Program-made: the position numbers and the translations under genes
From: a bacterium
GTDB taxonomy: Bacteria; UBA8248
Direction of reading: 5' to 3'
Length of the DNA: 64,000 bases
NCBI GenBank assembly: GCA_965261085.1
Contig: OZ253442.1
Coordinates: 1,600,001 to 1,664,000 of the forward strand
Part shown: positions 28,911 to 39,004 of the stretch, piece by piece
Layout: every line of letters begins with the position of its first letter
Position numbering within the stretch: position 1 is the first letter of the stretch
The notes under the pieces: generated by a model
Database searches by the model: none
The model's input: the letters and a program-made list of their open reading frames with translations, nothing else
Told to the model about the DNA's origin: nothing

Positions 28911-30442
28911 ATGGAAGTATGGCACGTCGCCTCGGGAGCCGCCGCTCTCGTTTTATGTTTCTGGTTCGCCATGAGGGCGCGGATTTCGGGCCTGTCCCGA
29001 ATGCTGAGCAACGCCGAGATGGAAAAGGCGGATGCGCAGGCCTCCCATGCCGCCGAGATCGAGAGGAATATGGGCTTGAGGTCGGACGTGGCGCGTCTTG
29101 AGTCCGATTTGGCGCACGAGCGCAAATCGGCGCAAGAGAAAATCGACCTGCTTCGCCGCGCGACGGAGGAGATGCGCGAGAGTTTCGGCGCGCTGAGCGC
29201 CGACGCCTTAAAGAGCAACAACGCCTCTTTTCTCGACCTGGCCAAGTCGACGCTCGAAAAATTCCAGAGCGAGGCCAAAGGCGACCTTGAAGCGCGCCAG
29301 AAGGCGGTGGAGAATCTGGTCGCCCCCATCCGGGAGTCGCTCGACAAGGTGGGGGGCAGGTGCAGGACCTCGAAAAGGCCAGGCGGGAGGCTTATGGCTC
29401 GCTCACCGAGCAGGTCAAATCCCTCGTGACCACACAGAAGGAGCTTCAATCGGAGACGGGGAATCTCGTGAAAGCCCTGCGCGCGCCGAACGTGCGCGGA
29501 CGCTGGGGGGAGATGCAGCTTCGGCGCGTGGTGGAGATGGCCGGCATGGTGGCGCATTGCGATTTCCTGGAGCAGCAGACGCTTGCGGGAGAAGAGGCGC
29601 GCCTGCGCCCCGACCTCATCGTGAAGCTGCCCGGCGGAAAGAACGTGGTGGTCGACGCCAAGGCGCCGCTCGATGCGTACCTCAACTCGCTCGAGGCGGA
29701 GGATGAGGACGCGCGCCGCGTTTTTTTGGGAGAACATGCGCGCCAGATTCGGGACCACATGAGCCGCCTGAGTTCCAAGGCCTATTGGGATCAGTGCGAG
29801 TCCACCCCTGAGTTCGTGGCGATGTTTCTGCCCGGGGAGAGCTTCTTCAGCGCGGCGCTCGAACAAGACCCCGGCCTGATCGAAGAGGGCGTGAACCAGC
29901 AGGTGATACTGGCGACGCCCACGACGCTCATCGCCCTGTTGCGCGCGGTGGCCTATGGCTGGCGGCAGGAGAAGGTGGCCGAGAGCGCCCAGGCCGTAAG
30001 CGCGCTAGGCGGGGAGCTTTACGCGCGCCTCAAGACGCTGGCGAAGCATTTCGACACCATGGGCCGGGGACTGGACCGCGCGGTCGAGTCCTACAACAAG
30101 GCGGTGGGTTCCTATGAATCGCGGGTGCTGGTGTCGGCGAGAAAATTCAGCGACTACGGCAGCGCGCCGGGAGGGGAGATCGACCTCGTTTCCCCGGTGG
30201 AGAAAACCCCGCGCGCGCTTCAGGCGCGTGAGGCGGATGAGGAAGGGAATGTTGTACGGATCTCCTCCGAGGAGGAAACACCGGAGGAGGTTGAAGCGCG
30301 TCAGGTGGATGGGCGGGAAGAGGGCGAGAGCTTGTCTGCTTCGGAGAAGACCCCGCGCCCGGGCGATGTGGGCGGCGTGGATGAGGCGCTCGAGACCTAT
30401 GGTGAAGAGAGTGAGCCGAACTTTCACCGCATCAGTCCCTGA
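28911..30442 (+). pseudogene. rmuC: DNA recombination protein RmuC, frameshifted in a G6 run at 29351-29356
   Basis: ORFs 28911-29429 and 29360-30442 join if one G is added; [34 protein letters not shown]. Confidence 0.85.
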
Positions 30443-30463
30443 TTCGGTTTCTGCTTATACCGA

Positions 30464-30937
30464 CTACAGACGTCTCAAGTATGGGTGTTTTCTGCGCATC
30501 CCGTCCTGGAACCAGCGCGGGTAGCCCGGCCAGCGCGCCTCGATGTGGTCGAGGTCCTCCGCGTCGGGGTCCAGGTCGTTGAGCCTGAGCGTGGGAGGAA
30601 GCCTGAGGGGAAGCGTGACGACCTCGCCTCTGAGCGCCAGGATTTTTTTGGCCCCGACGAGGCGGAGCCTGCCGTCCTCCACCTCTTCGACCGCATGAAA
30701 GCCTTTGACCACCTGGTGGAGATAGACGCTGAAAGCCTCCAGGTTTTTCTGGAATTCCTCCAGGGGCTCCACGCTCTCGTGCTCGAAGTGGAGGTGTCCT
30801 TCACGGATTTTTTCCGCAATTTCCCAGATGGGCATTTGCGCGGTCAGGGGCAGGTATTCGTCCACGATGCAGTCGGCGAGGTTGTATTTGTCCATGCCTT
30901 CGAGTATGAGGTCGAAATAATAGCGGTGCCGGCGCAA
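30464..30937 (-). CDS. Hypothetical protein (start uncertain)
   Basis: Best ORF in the interval with plausible composition; no recognised motif. Confidence 0.5.
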   Translation of the reverse strand: MRRHRYYFDLILEGMDKYNLADCIVDEYLPLTAQMPIWEIAEKIREGHLHFEHESVEPLEEFQKNLEAFSVYLHQVVKGFHAVEEVEDGRLRLVGAKKILALRGEVVTLPLRLPPTLRLNDLDPDAEDLDHIEARWPGYPRWFQDGMRRKHPYLRRL

Positions 30938-31084
30938 GCGGAAATCCCCCCGTCTCGATTATCCCGCAGAGGGTCTGTTTCGTGGTGGATTTTGTCAAGA
31001 GATGGGTTCATAATCTCCTGAGAGTCAGGGTGGGGACCTTCCAGTCGCGCCCGCTTCATATATACGGTATTTGAGCCTACGGCA

Positions 31085-31396
31085 ATGAAGGAGAAACAAA
31101 GAATGCGCATGACCCTCGGCATGGGATTGGCGCTTCTCGCCGTCTTTCTCGTTTTGAGCGGGTGCGGCGACGTGGTGCCGCGCGGCGTGGAGGTGATCAC
31201 GGAGCCTCCGGGCGCCACGGTGAAGCTCGGCAAGGAGAAAATAGGCAAATCGCCGGTCATCATCCCCTGGAAGAAGATAAAGGACCATTACGCGGATACG
31301 TTTACGGTCGAAATTCTCAAGGAAGGGTATCGCCCTCATCATCTGGTGGCCGCGCAATACGGGGGTACGATACGGGTGGCTCTTCAGAAAAAATAG
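31085..31396 (+). CDS. PEGA-like domain lipoprotein
   Basis: LSGC lipobox; TEPPGATV...GKSP...KEGYRP. Confidence 0.7.
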   Translation: MKEKQRMRMTLGMGLALLAVFLVLSGCGDVVPRGVEVITEPPGATVKLGKEKIGKSPVIIPWKKIKDHYADTFTVEILKEGYRPHHLVAAQYGGTIRVALQKK

Positions 31397-31440
31397 TGTA
31401 AACTCTCCTTTTTCTATTTCCTGTTGCCAAAGAAGCAGAG

Positions 31441-32109
31441 GTGTTTGTGCGCACACATGGTATGGGTTTGCTTGCCGAATTGTTCGATTTCACCGAGGGC
31501 GAGGAAGGGGAAGCGCACGCGTGGCTCGATGAGGTTCGCCTCTCGAGGATGCTCGAAGTACCGGGCATGAAGGGAGGGGCGAGCTATGAGGTCATCGGTG
31601 GCGCGCCACGCTTTCTGAACTTGATCGAAGCGAATAACATTCATGTGTTCTACGGCGAGGAATTCACTACTCTCATGAATTCCGAGGAAATGCGCTTTCC
31701 CAAAACTCCCGGGACGCATATCCGACTCGTCTGCGCGCAGGTCTATCCCGGCCTTCCGGCGCGGCAACCCGATCTCCCCTCGGTGGATGTGGCGGGTCTC
31801 GGCCCCATCATTCAGTTCGGTAGAATCAACGTACCCGAAGAGAATCTCGGCGATTTCAACGGCTGGTACTCCTGTGATCGCGGCCCCCTTTGCGAGGAGG
31901 TGCCGGGGGTGAGGCGCCTGCGCCGCTACAACACCGTGGAGGGGCCGAGGCTCATGATCGTGCTCTACGAGATGGAAGATGAATCCGTGCGCGAAACGTC
32001 CGAGTGGAAACACATGAACGCCTCCGAATGGACGGCGCGCGTAAGGAGCTATTATCGCCAGGAGCCCGGCTCCCCCGGCGTCTACAAGCGCAGGGGCTAC
32101 GCCCGCTAG
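31441..32109 (+). CDS. Hypothetical protein, tandem dimeric alpha/beta-barrel (EthD-like)
   Basis: Two internally similar halves (AWLDE..RMLEVPG and FNGWY..LCEEVPGV..RRY). Confidence 0.55.
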   Translation: MFVRTHGMGLLAELFDFTEGEEGEAHAWLDEVRLSRMLEVPGMKGGASYEVIGGAPRFLNLIEANNIHVFYGEEFTTLMNSEEMRFPKTPGTHIRLVCAQVYPGLPARQPDLPSVDVAGLGPIIQFGRINVPEENLGDFNGWYSCDRGPLCEEVPGVRRLRRYNTVEGPRLMIVLYEMEDESVRETSEWKHMNASEWTARVRSYYRQEPGSPGVYKRRGYAR

Positions 32110-32561
32110 CCGCCCGGCGGCTTTCCGCCTGCGTTCTTCTTCAAGTGAAGGGCGCGCCAGACCACCCTGCCGATGATTCTGTCCTCGGGTTTTTCACCCG
32201 CTGCCAACTCGCATATGTCCACGCGAAACTCCGCGCGATTCGCCGGGATGAGGGCGATGCGCCTCGCGTCGATAATCTCGACGTGTTTGACTGCGCACCG
32301 CCCGTCCGCCGTGCGCAAGGCGTATATGCCGTCTTTTCGGGGCGTCTTGTCGTTCGTGTCGATGAGGACGAGGCAGCCTTCCGGAAGCAGCGGCTCCATG
32401 CTGTTCCCGAGAATCTCGGCCCCGGCGTAATTTTCCGTCTCGAAGCCGAACTGATCCCGAGGCAGCAACAGCCAGTCCAGGGCCTCCGCATCCACGAATC
32501 GCGCATTTACGCCCGAATCGTTCCACGCGCGTCCCGGATGCCGCCCGGCCTCCTCGCGCAT
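32106..32561 (-). CDS. S24 family peptidase domain protein (LexA/cI C-terminal-like, no HTH)
   Basis: GNSMEPLL (Ser), AVKH (Lys), LIPAN, IIGRVVW. Confidence 0.75.
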   Translation of the reverse strand: MREEAGRHPGRAWNDSGVNARFVDAEALDWLLLPRDQFGFETENYAGAEILGNSMEPLLPEGCLVLIDTNDKTPRKDGIYALRTADGRCAVKHVEIIDARRIALIPANRAEFRVDICELAAGEKPEDRIIGRVVWRALHLKKNAGGKPPGG

Positions 32562-32684
32562 CTTTCCTTTTCCTCCGATCGGACATCGGATGAGGCGGCG
32601 GCATGATGCGTGAACCGGCAGGCGCGCAGGGTGCGCGCCCGCCGGGTCGTGGAAAGCTCTCCAAGCCTGATTACTCCGCCGTCC

Positions 32685-33467
32685 CTAGCGCGGGAAGCGG
32701 CTGAAGTCAGGTGGCCTTTTCTCCTTGAACGCGTTCATTCCCTCGGCGGATTGCTCGTTGTTCCACACGGCGTTCAGTAGTTCGCTGCCGTGCGTCCAGG
32801 AGGGATAATGGAGGTCGCCCAGGAAGTTCAGGTTCGTCTTCATGTAGCGCAGCGTGGCCGGAGCGTGGGAGTTGATGGTGGCGCACCACTCTTCGGTCGT
32901 TTTTTCGAGTTCATCGTCGGGCATGACCTCGTTGATCAGGCCGACTTCCTTGGCCTCCTGCGCGGAATAGCGCTTGGCCAGGAACAGCATCTGGCGCGCC
33001 CTGCGATCACCCATGAGCAGGGGAAGGTACTGCGTGGCGCCCACCACCGGCAGTGCGCCCACCCGCGCGCCCGATTGCCCGAACGTCGCGTTCTCGCTGG
33101 CGATGCACAAATCGCAATATAACTGCCATTCGTTCCCCCCGCCGATGCACCAGCCGCGCACCATGGCGATGGTGGGTTTGCCCGAGTTTCTGAGCGTCAT
33201 GCACAGCCGGCGCATCTTGTTGTTCCAGATGTGGCCCGTCTGGTAGTTGAGCCCCAGCATCATGTCCATGTCACCGCCCGAGGAGAAGTTCCCGTTCAGG
33301 CCGTACAGGACGCCCACGCCGATGTCGGGGTCCTCATCGAGCCGCGTGAAGGCTTCGATGACTTCGTTGATCATCTGAAAATTCATGGCGTTCAGGGTTT
33401 TGGGGCGATTCAGCCCCACCCAGAGGGTTTTGTCCCTGACCTCTACGACGGTTGCTCTTTCCGACAT
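32685..33467 (-). CDS. Crotonase-superfamily enzyme (MenB/BadI-like)
   Basis: NRPKTLNAM, FSSGGD, GWCIGGGNE, EGMNAFKEKRPPDF. Confidence 0.88.
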   Translation of the reverse strand: MSERATVVEVRDKTLWVGLNRPKTLNAMNFQMINEVIEAFTRLDEDPDIGVGVLYGLNGNFSSGGDMDMMLGLNYQTGHIWNNKMRRLCMTLRNSGKPTIAMVRGWCIGGGNEWQLYCDLCIASENATFGQSGARVGALPVVGATQYLPLLMGDRRARQMLFLAKRYSAQEAKEVGLINEVMPDDELEKTTEEWCATINSHAPATLRYMKTNLNFLGDLHYPSWTHGSELLNAVWNNEQSAEGMNAFKEKRPPDFSRFPR

Positions 33468-33594
33468 GTTCAAAATCTCCTTCTCGTCCGCCGCTCCGGG
33501 TGGACGCCTTGTTGAATGGAATTGTCCAAGTGGTCTTAAACCAGAGGCCGCATTCTCACACACGACGCGCCGATTTGCCAGACCAGCGCGCCAT

Positions 33595-34431
33595 CTACCA
33601 AAACCACTCGCTAGCGCCCTTATAGAGAAGCTGCAAGGAGACGAGCGTCATCAGCACCGCCAGAATGCGCGTGAGCGTGACGGATTTCACCTTGTTCGAC
33701 ATCGCGGCTCCCACTTGCGCGCCCACGATTATCCCGATCGCGAGGGGGAGAATCACGCTCTTCATCGCATAGAGATTTCCGTGGAAGAAATGAACCACCA
33801 CGGCGAGGGCGGTGGTCAAAAGAAGCTCGCACTGCGAGGTGGCGGTAGCGATGTGGGGAGGAATCCGCAGGATACGTATCATCACCGGCACGTGCATGGG
33901 ACCGCCCCCGATGCCCAGAAAGCTCGCCAGAAAACCCACGATGGAACTGATGCAAACGCCGAGTCGGAAGCGGAAGGCGTATTCATAGACGCGGCCCTGG
34001 TAGTCCACGATGCGCCGATGCGCCAGGGCGGCCAGACCGCCGCCGCTCGCCTGCGTCGCCTCGAGGGGAGGCGGCGGGTTGATGATGGAGATGCACAGGA
34101 TGAGCAGAGCCAGCCCCAGAATGATGTCGAACGGCCCGCGCGCGACCTCGCTCGTGGCGTAGACGCCGACGATCACCCAAGGGGCGCCCGCCAGGGCGAA
34201 TGATGCGCTGGTCTTCAAGTCGATTCGCTTTTGGCGGTAATAGGCGACCGAGCCTGAAAGGGCGTTCAGGCAGACCACGCTGAGCGAAGTGGCGGCGATG
34301 ACCTCGGAGGGTTGCTCGGTGAAGATCAGCAAGAGCAGGGGCGTTAAGATGAAGCCGCCGCCTGCGCCCACCAGCGTGCCGAGGAAGCCGACCACTAAGC
34401 CCATGGTCAGGAATTGAATGAAAAAAAGCAT
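33595..34431 (-). CDS. TauE/SafE family membrane protein
   Basis: GAGGGFILTP and GIGGGPMHVP repeats, ATATS, multiple TMs. Confidence 0.88.
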   Translation of the reverse strand: MLFFIQFLTMGLVVGFLGTLVGAGGGFILTPLLLLIFTEQPSEVIAATSLSVVCLNALSGSVAYYRQKRIDLKTSASFALAGAPWVIVGVYATSEVARGPFDIILGLALLILCISIINPPPPLEATQASGGGLAALAHRRIVDYQGRVYEYAFRFRLGVCISSIVGFLASFLGIGGGPMHVPVMIRILRIPPHIATATSQCELLLTTALAVVVHFFHGNLYAMKSVILPLAIGIIVGAQVGAAMSNKVKSVTLTRILAVLMTLVSLQLLYKGASEWFW

Positions 34432-34718
34432 GAAAATCTTCCTCAGATGCAAAAAGCGTCTTTGATGCGCTTTGGGAGGTATGGGGAGGCAATATGTCTA
34501 TTGGACTCGCTTGTCCTGCCTTGCGCTGATGGAGGCTGAGTCTAATACAGGATGAAGGCGAAAGACAATTTCATCCGGCCAATATTACCTGCCTCGCTGG
34601 TTTCACTCCCGCATCGCCGGGTAGGGGGAAATAACCGGGGCATGGTTTCGCAAAATCGGCTTTGGAAGTGTAGAATACTTCGAATAATGGAAACCGATAA
34701 TCATCTTCCTCCGGAGGA

Positions 34719-35804
34719 GTGATAATGATAGTTCCACTCGATACGCCCGTGGCGACGCGGGCCGAGAATTTCAGGAAAGCACTTGATTTCGATGAATCAG
34801 CGGCCTATCGGGTGTTGCAGGAGACGAAACAAGAATACCCCGAAGCGCAGGCCCCGCCGCTTCGCGCGCCGCGTCTGAAGAAAGAGGGCAAGAGCCTCGT
34901 GGCCATGGTTCGGGGGGAGACGCGCGATGAGGCCATACGCCTGGCGGTGGAAAAACTGGGCGGCATTCGGCGTATCATCGATTCGCCTGCGCCTGCGCTC
35001 CTGAAACCCAACTTCAACTCGGCCGATCCTTTTCCGGCCTCGACGCATCCCGATACGCTCGAGACCGTCGTTACGCTCTTGAAAGAAGCGGGTTGTGACG
35101 ATTTGGCCGTGGGCGAGATGGGCGGCCTTCTCTCACTGCCCGCGCGCGCCAATTTCGAGCGCTGGGGGATGAACGATTTTCAGGAGAGAACGGGCGTGAG
35201 CCTCCTGCGCTTCGACGAGGAGCCGTGGGTGAAGGCCCGCGCGCCCGAGGCGATCCGCTGGGGCGGGTGGGTGCACTGCATCGAGCGACTCTTAAGGCCC
35301 GGCCAGCACGTCGTCAACCTGCCCACCATGAAGAGCCACGGCGGGGGGCCGCGCTTCAGCCTCTCGCTCAAGAACGTGTACGGGTTCGTACATCCGAGAG
35401 ACCGCGTTCGCGCGCATTTCGTCTCCCAGATGGCGGAGATGATCATGGAGACGAACTTGCTCTATTCGCCCTCCCTCATCGTGCTCGACGGGACGAAGTG
35501 CTGGATATCGGGCGGTCCCTATACCGGGGAGGAGCGCGCGCCGAACGTGATGATAGTAGGGGATGACCGCATCGCCGTGGACGTCGTGGGGGCGTCGGTG
35601 GTGCGCGCCATGGGGTCCGAACTCCTGCGCGACTATCCGATATGGTCGCACCGGCAGATCAGGCGCGCTGTCGAGCTCGGGCTCGGCGCGTGCGGACCCG
35701 GAGAAGTGGAAGTCCTGACCGAGGATACGACCGGCGGCGCCGATTTCGCGGAACTAGCCGATCAAGTGCAAGCGTTCGTTCGCGAATCCGACCCTGGCGA
35801 ATAA
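34719..35804 (+). CDS. DUF362 domain-containing protein
   Basis: [32 protein letters not shown]. Confidence 0.85.
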   Translation: MIMIVPLDTPVATRAENFRKALDFDESAAYRVLQETKQEYPEAQAPPLRAPRLKKEGKSLVAMVRGETRDEAIRLAVEKLGGIRRIIDSPAPALLKPNFNSADPFPASTHPDTLETVVTLLKEAGCDDLAVGEMGGLLSLPARANFERWGMNDFQERTGVSLLRFDEEPWVKARAPEAIRWGGWVHCIERLLRPGQHVVNLPTMKSHGGGPRFSLSLKNVYGFVHPRDRVRAHFVSQMAEMIMETNLLYSPSLIVLDGTKCWISGGPYTGEERAPNVMIVGDDRIAVDVVGASVVRAMGSELLRDYPIWSHRQIRRAVELGLGACGPGEVEVLTEDTTGGADFAELADQVQAFVRESDPGE

Positions 35805-35900
35805 GGATGTTTCGTCCGGCTCGCGCCCGCGTTGACGAGGGCGCGCGGTTTCCGCTACATTCCTTCGCACCCTTCGGGGATGGAAGGTCTCCTTCTGTAA

Positions 35901-35976
35901 GGGGCTGTAGCTCAGCTGGGAGAGCGCATGACTGGCAGTCATGAGGTCAGGGGTTCGATCCCCCTCAGCTCCACCA
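35901..35976 (+). tRNA. tRNA-Ala (GGC)
   Basis: GGGGCTGTAGCTCAG..., anticodon arm CATGA-CTGGCAG-TCATG, GGTTCGATCCC, 3' CCA. Confidence 0.97.
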
Positions 35977-36154
35977 AAATTCTTCTCCCAATATTCGAAT
36001 TCCAGGCGCGCCGCATCCTGAAGGCTTGATTATTATTCCACAAAGCCGGTGCGTGGCCTCTTCCGTTGCGGTAAACACAAGCGAAAGAATCCCCGACGAA
36101 TCGTCGATTTACCTATTTCTATGCGGTAGAGACCGTGAATGTACTCATAAGTCA

Positions 36155-36182
36155 TTGACATTCGACGCCTTCGCGGTATAAG
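36155..36182 (+). promoter_or_regulatory. Sigma70-like promoter
   Basis: TTGACA-N16-TATAAG, ending 8 nt before ATG 36191. Confidence 0.5.
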
Positions 36183-36190
36183 GATGATCT

Positions 36191-36961
36191 ATGGACATCC
36201 ATATCACCCACGAGTTGCCGAGCGAAGGTCCGGGCTCGGGCCCGGTGAAAATCGGCTGGTTGCTGAACGAAGAGCGCGGCGGAGTCATCTATGACGCGCC
36301 CACGCGCGTGCGCTCGGTGGAGATGAGCAAGAGCCATGCGAAATCGGCTTCGCGGTGCCCGGCGATACTCAATCTCGAGAGTCGCTATTTCGAGGTGAAA
36401 TGTCCTTTCGACCTGCGTCTGGGTTTCGCCCGGGACAAGAACGGCAAACCGACCCTGCGGAACCTCCTGGGCCAGAAATCTCCGGTGCGCTCGAAAAAAC
36501 TCTCTTCTTTTCTTCACCTCACGTCCGAGGCGGAATGGCGTTATCCGGACCGGCCCACGATTCAGATGTCCCTTCCCTACGTGTTCATAGCGGACGAGCC
36601 GGTCTATATGTCCCAGATTGCGCCTTTCATGCACTACCAGGCCGAGCCCTGGCCGGGCACAATCTTCGGTGGCCGCTTTCCGATCGACGTATGGCCGAGA
36701 CCCCTGATGTGGGCATTCGAGTGGCATGACGTCGAGAAAGAGTTGCGCCTCTCCCGCGGCGAGCCCCTCTTTTATTGTCAGTTCGAAACGACGCCCCAGG
36801 ATCGACCCGTCCAACTGGTCGAAGCTGCGCGCACGCCGGAACTCGACGCCTATCTCGAACACATTTCCGGGGTCGTGAATTTCGTGAACCAGACTTTCTC
36901 GCTATTCAAGACGGCGCAAGAACGCCGCCCCGAAACTTTGCTGGTTCCGAAGTCGCGTTGA
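36191..36961 (+). CDS. Hypothetical protein
   Basis: 256-aa ORF with natural composition (RCPA, WPRPLMWAFEW, RGEPLFY); family not recognised with confidence. Confidence 0.7.
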   Translation: MDIHITHELPSEGPGSGPVKIGWLLNEERGGVIYDAPTRVRSVEMSKSHAKSASRCPAILNLESRYFEVKCPFDLRLGFARDKNGKPTLRNLLGQKSPVRSKKLSSFLHLTSEAEWRYPDRPTIQMSLPYVFIADEPVYMSQIAPFMHYQAEPWPGTIFGGRFPIDVWPRPLMWAFEWHDVEKELRLSRGEPLFYCQFETTPQDRPVQLVEAARTPELDAYLEHISGVVNFVNQTFSLFKTAQERRPETLLVPKSR

Positions 36962-37111
36962 CGCTAGCCCAGGAAAATATTCCTAACCCTTTGTTTATCA
37001 GATATTTAAGCTTATCGTTATTTATCGATAAACCTCGTGAATTTATCTAATTTTATGGGAATTATATACTTAAATCCGCAAGAATATTTGCACTTAAAAA
37101 AGGAAACTAAA

Positions 37112-37291
37112 ATGGATGATGAAAAATATATACCAATAGAGTATTTAGAAAAAATAAAACAATCTTTTCGTGATCATAAAAAGACTGGAAATATGCTAAT
37201 TGAGGAAATGTACAGAATGATAGATCGTATAGGGTACTTAGAAGAAAAATTTAAGGACTTACCCATGCATCAGACTGTTGATCCCCGTTAA
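37112..37291 (+). CDS. Small hypothetical protein (59 aa), cassette passenger
   Basis: AAGGA RBS, MDDEKYIPIEYLEK... Confidence 0.5.
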   Translation: MDDEKYIPIEYLEKIKQSFRDHKKTGNMLIEEMYRMIDRIGYLEEKFKDLPMHQTVDPR

Positions 37292-37604
37292 TCTCAGTTT
37301 CAGCGTCTTCATGTAGTTTTTTAATTTCAGAATTATCCGGGTGTTTTTTCTTCAAAGAGTACAGCCACATTAAATGAAAATGTCCAGCAGATATTGATTC
37401 TATCGCTTTTATTTTGGCATCTTCTAATGTCGGAAATTCATCGCCTCGGATATATGAATTTTTAGTACCGAAAACATTACAGGTGTCTTTTAACCATAAG
37501 ACATGAGTATTAGAGTTAGGGTTGAATTCCATGTGCCCCAATTCTTCTTCATTGTTTCCAACTCGTTGAACTATGTGGCCATTTTGCCAATGGATAGAAC
37601 TCAT
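37251..37604 (-). CDS. Hypothetical protein (117 aa), cassette passenger
   Basis: AAGGA RBS, MSSIHWQNGH...; an ORF this long is unlikely by chance in AT-rich DNA. Confidence 0.6.
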   Translation of the reverse strand: MSSIHWQNGHIVQRVGNNEEELGHMEFNPNSNTHVLWLKDTCNVFGTKNSYIRGDEFPTLEDAKIKAIESISAGHFHLMWLYSLKKKHPDNSEIKKLHEDAETEINGDQQSDAWVSP

Positions 37605-38035
37605 TTTTGAAATCCTTAAATGGTGGAAGATAGATAAGAGCGGGGGCAGACTACGAATTATGAGAAAAGGAGTCAAGAATAAAGAAAGAATTGCTGGAAG
37701 ACGTATGCCGACTTGTAAAGAACTTGAGCAGAAGTGAAAACTTGAAAAGAAGTAAGTTTCTTGCGGATTTAAGTATATAATTCCCTATTTTATCGATATT
37801 TTCAGAAATTCCCGCTTGTGCGACCCTGAGTCTCCGGCCGGTCGCCGTCGCGCCACACGCAGGGGTCCGCGCGTTCCTCGCCGGGTGAGGCGAAACTCCG
37901 CCGATTGGTCTTTCGTAGGCCCGCGTTTTTGCGGGGAAACGCTAAAAGTGTTACTAATGTAATCCAACCTGACATTCTTGTTTGCCCCTTGATGAGGGCA
38001 TCTTTCCTTTGATGACGAGATAGGGATTCGATTCG

Positions 38036-39004
38036 ATGAATGAGACGGGAAACTTTCATTTCGGCTATCTGCTGCCCACGCGCGGCGTCGTCGTGGCGGC
38101 GGGGGGTGAGGCGCCGGACACCGAACCCATATTTACTTTGGCGAAAAAGGCCGAGAACCTTGGCCTCGATTCCGTGTGGCTCGGCGACAGCGTGCTGGCC
38201 AAGCCGCGCATGGAGAGCTTCACGACCTGGGCGGCGGTTCTCGCGTCCACCGAGCGCGTTCAGGTGGGCACGGCGGTCATGCTCGCGGCGCTCAGGCACC
38301 CGGTGATGCTCGCCCAATCGATGAGCACGCTCGACTGCATGTTCCCCGGGCGCGTCCTCCCCGGCCTGGGCGTGGGTCGCACGGACCTCAAGTTCGAGTT
38401 CGAGACGATCGGCGTTCCGCTGGGCGAGCGCGCGCGCCGGTTTTCTGAGACGGTGGAGATACTCAAGCTGCTCATGCGCGAATCCCGGGCGGATTACGCG
38501 GGCAAACATTTCTCCTTCGAGGGTGTGGCGCTCGAACCTCGGCCCAAAACCCCCGGCGGCCCTCCGGTCTGGCTCTCGAGCAATCTGGTGGATTCTGGCC
38601 TTAAGCGCGTGGCGCGCCTGGCCGACGGCTGGATTACGAATTCGATTACCCCGGACCTCTACCGGCAGTGCTGGGAGAAGATACTCGTCTATGCGGATGA
38701 GTTCGGCAGGACAGATGAGATTCAAAGCATTCCCCAGTGCCTCTACGTCACCATGAACGTGAATCCCGACGGAGAAAAAGCGGAGGCGCAGTGCGGGGAA
38801 TTTCTCTCCAAGTACTACCACAAGACCTTCGATGAGGTGCGCAAGCAACTGCTCGTCATCGCCGGAGACGGAGATCGCGTGGAGGAGCAGCTCAGAGAAT
38901 ATGCGGGGGAGGGCGCGCGCGTTTTCGTCGTTCGCTTTGCGGGCGGCAGCCAGGAAGAACAACTGGAGAATTTTGTCTCGGAACTTTTGCCGAGGTTCAA
39001 GTAG
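38036..39004 (+). CDS. LLM class oxidoreductase
   Basis: DSVWLGDS, VGTAV, RHPVMLAQ, RVARLADGW. Confidence 0.9.
   Translation: MNETGNFHFGYLLPTRGVVVAAGGEAPDTEPIFTLAKKAENLGLDSVWLGDSVLAKPRMESFTTWAAVLASTERVQVGTAVMLAALRHPVMLAQSMSTLDCMFPGRVLPGLGVGRTDLKFEFETIGVPLGERARRFSETVEILKLLMRESRADYAGKHFSFEGVALEPRPKTPGGPPVWLSSNLVDSGLKRVARLADGWITNSITPDLYRQCWEKILVYADEFGRTDEIQSIPQCLYVTMNVNPDGEKAEAQCGEFLSKYYHKTFDEVRKQLLVIAGDGDRVEEQLREYAGEGARVFVVRFAGGSQEEQLENFVSELLPRFK

Larger units (their letters stand above)
37057..37785. mobile_element. 729-bp non-autonomous cassette with perfect 28-bp TIRs (IS1595-like MIC)
   Basis: GGGAATTATATACTTAAATCCGCAAGAA at 37057-37084 and its exact inverse at 37758-37785; flanks AATTTTAT/TATTTTAT (7/8 match); visibly AT-rich. 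Confidence 0.8.

Noticed and set aside
35901-37800. Integrative island at tRNA-Ala
   Set aside because: No integrase and no duplicated tRNA 3' end were noticed; the AT-rich part is explained by the TIR cassette
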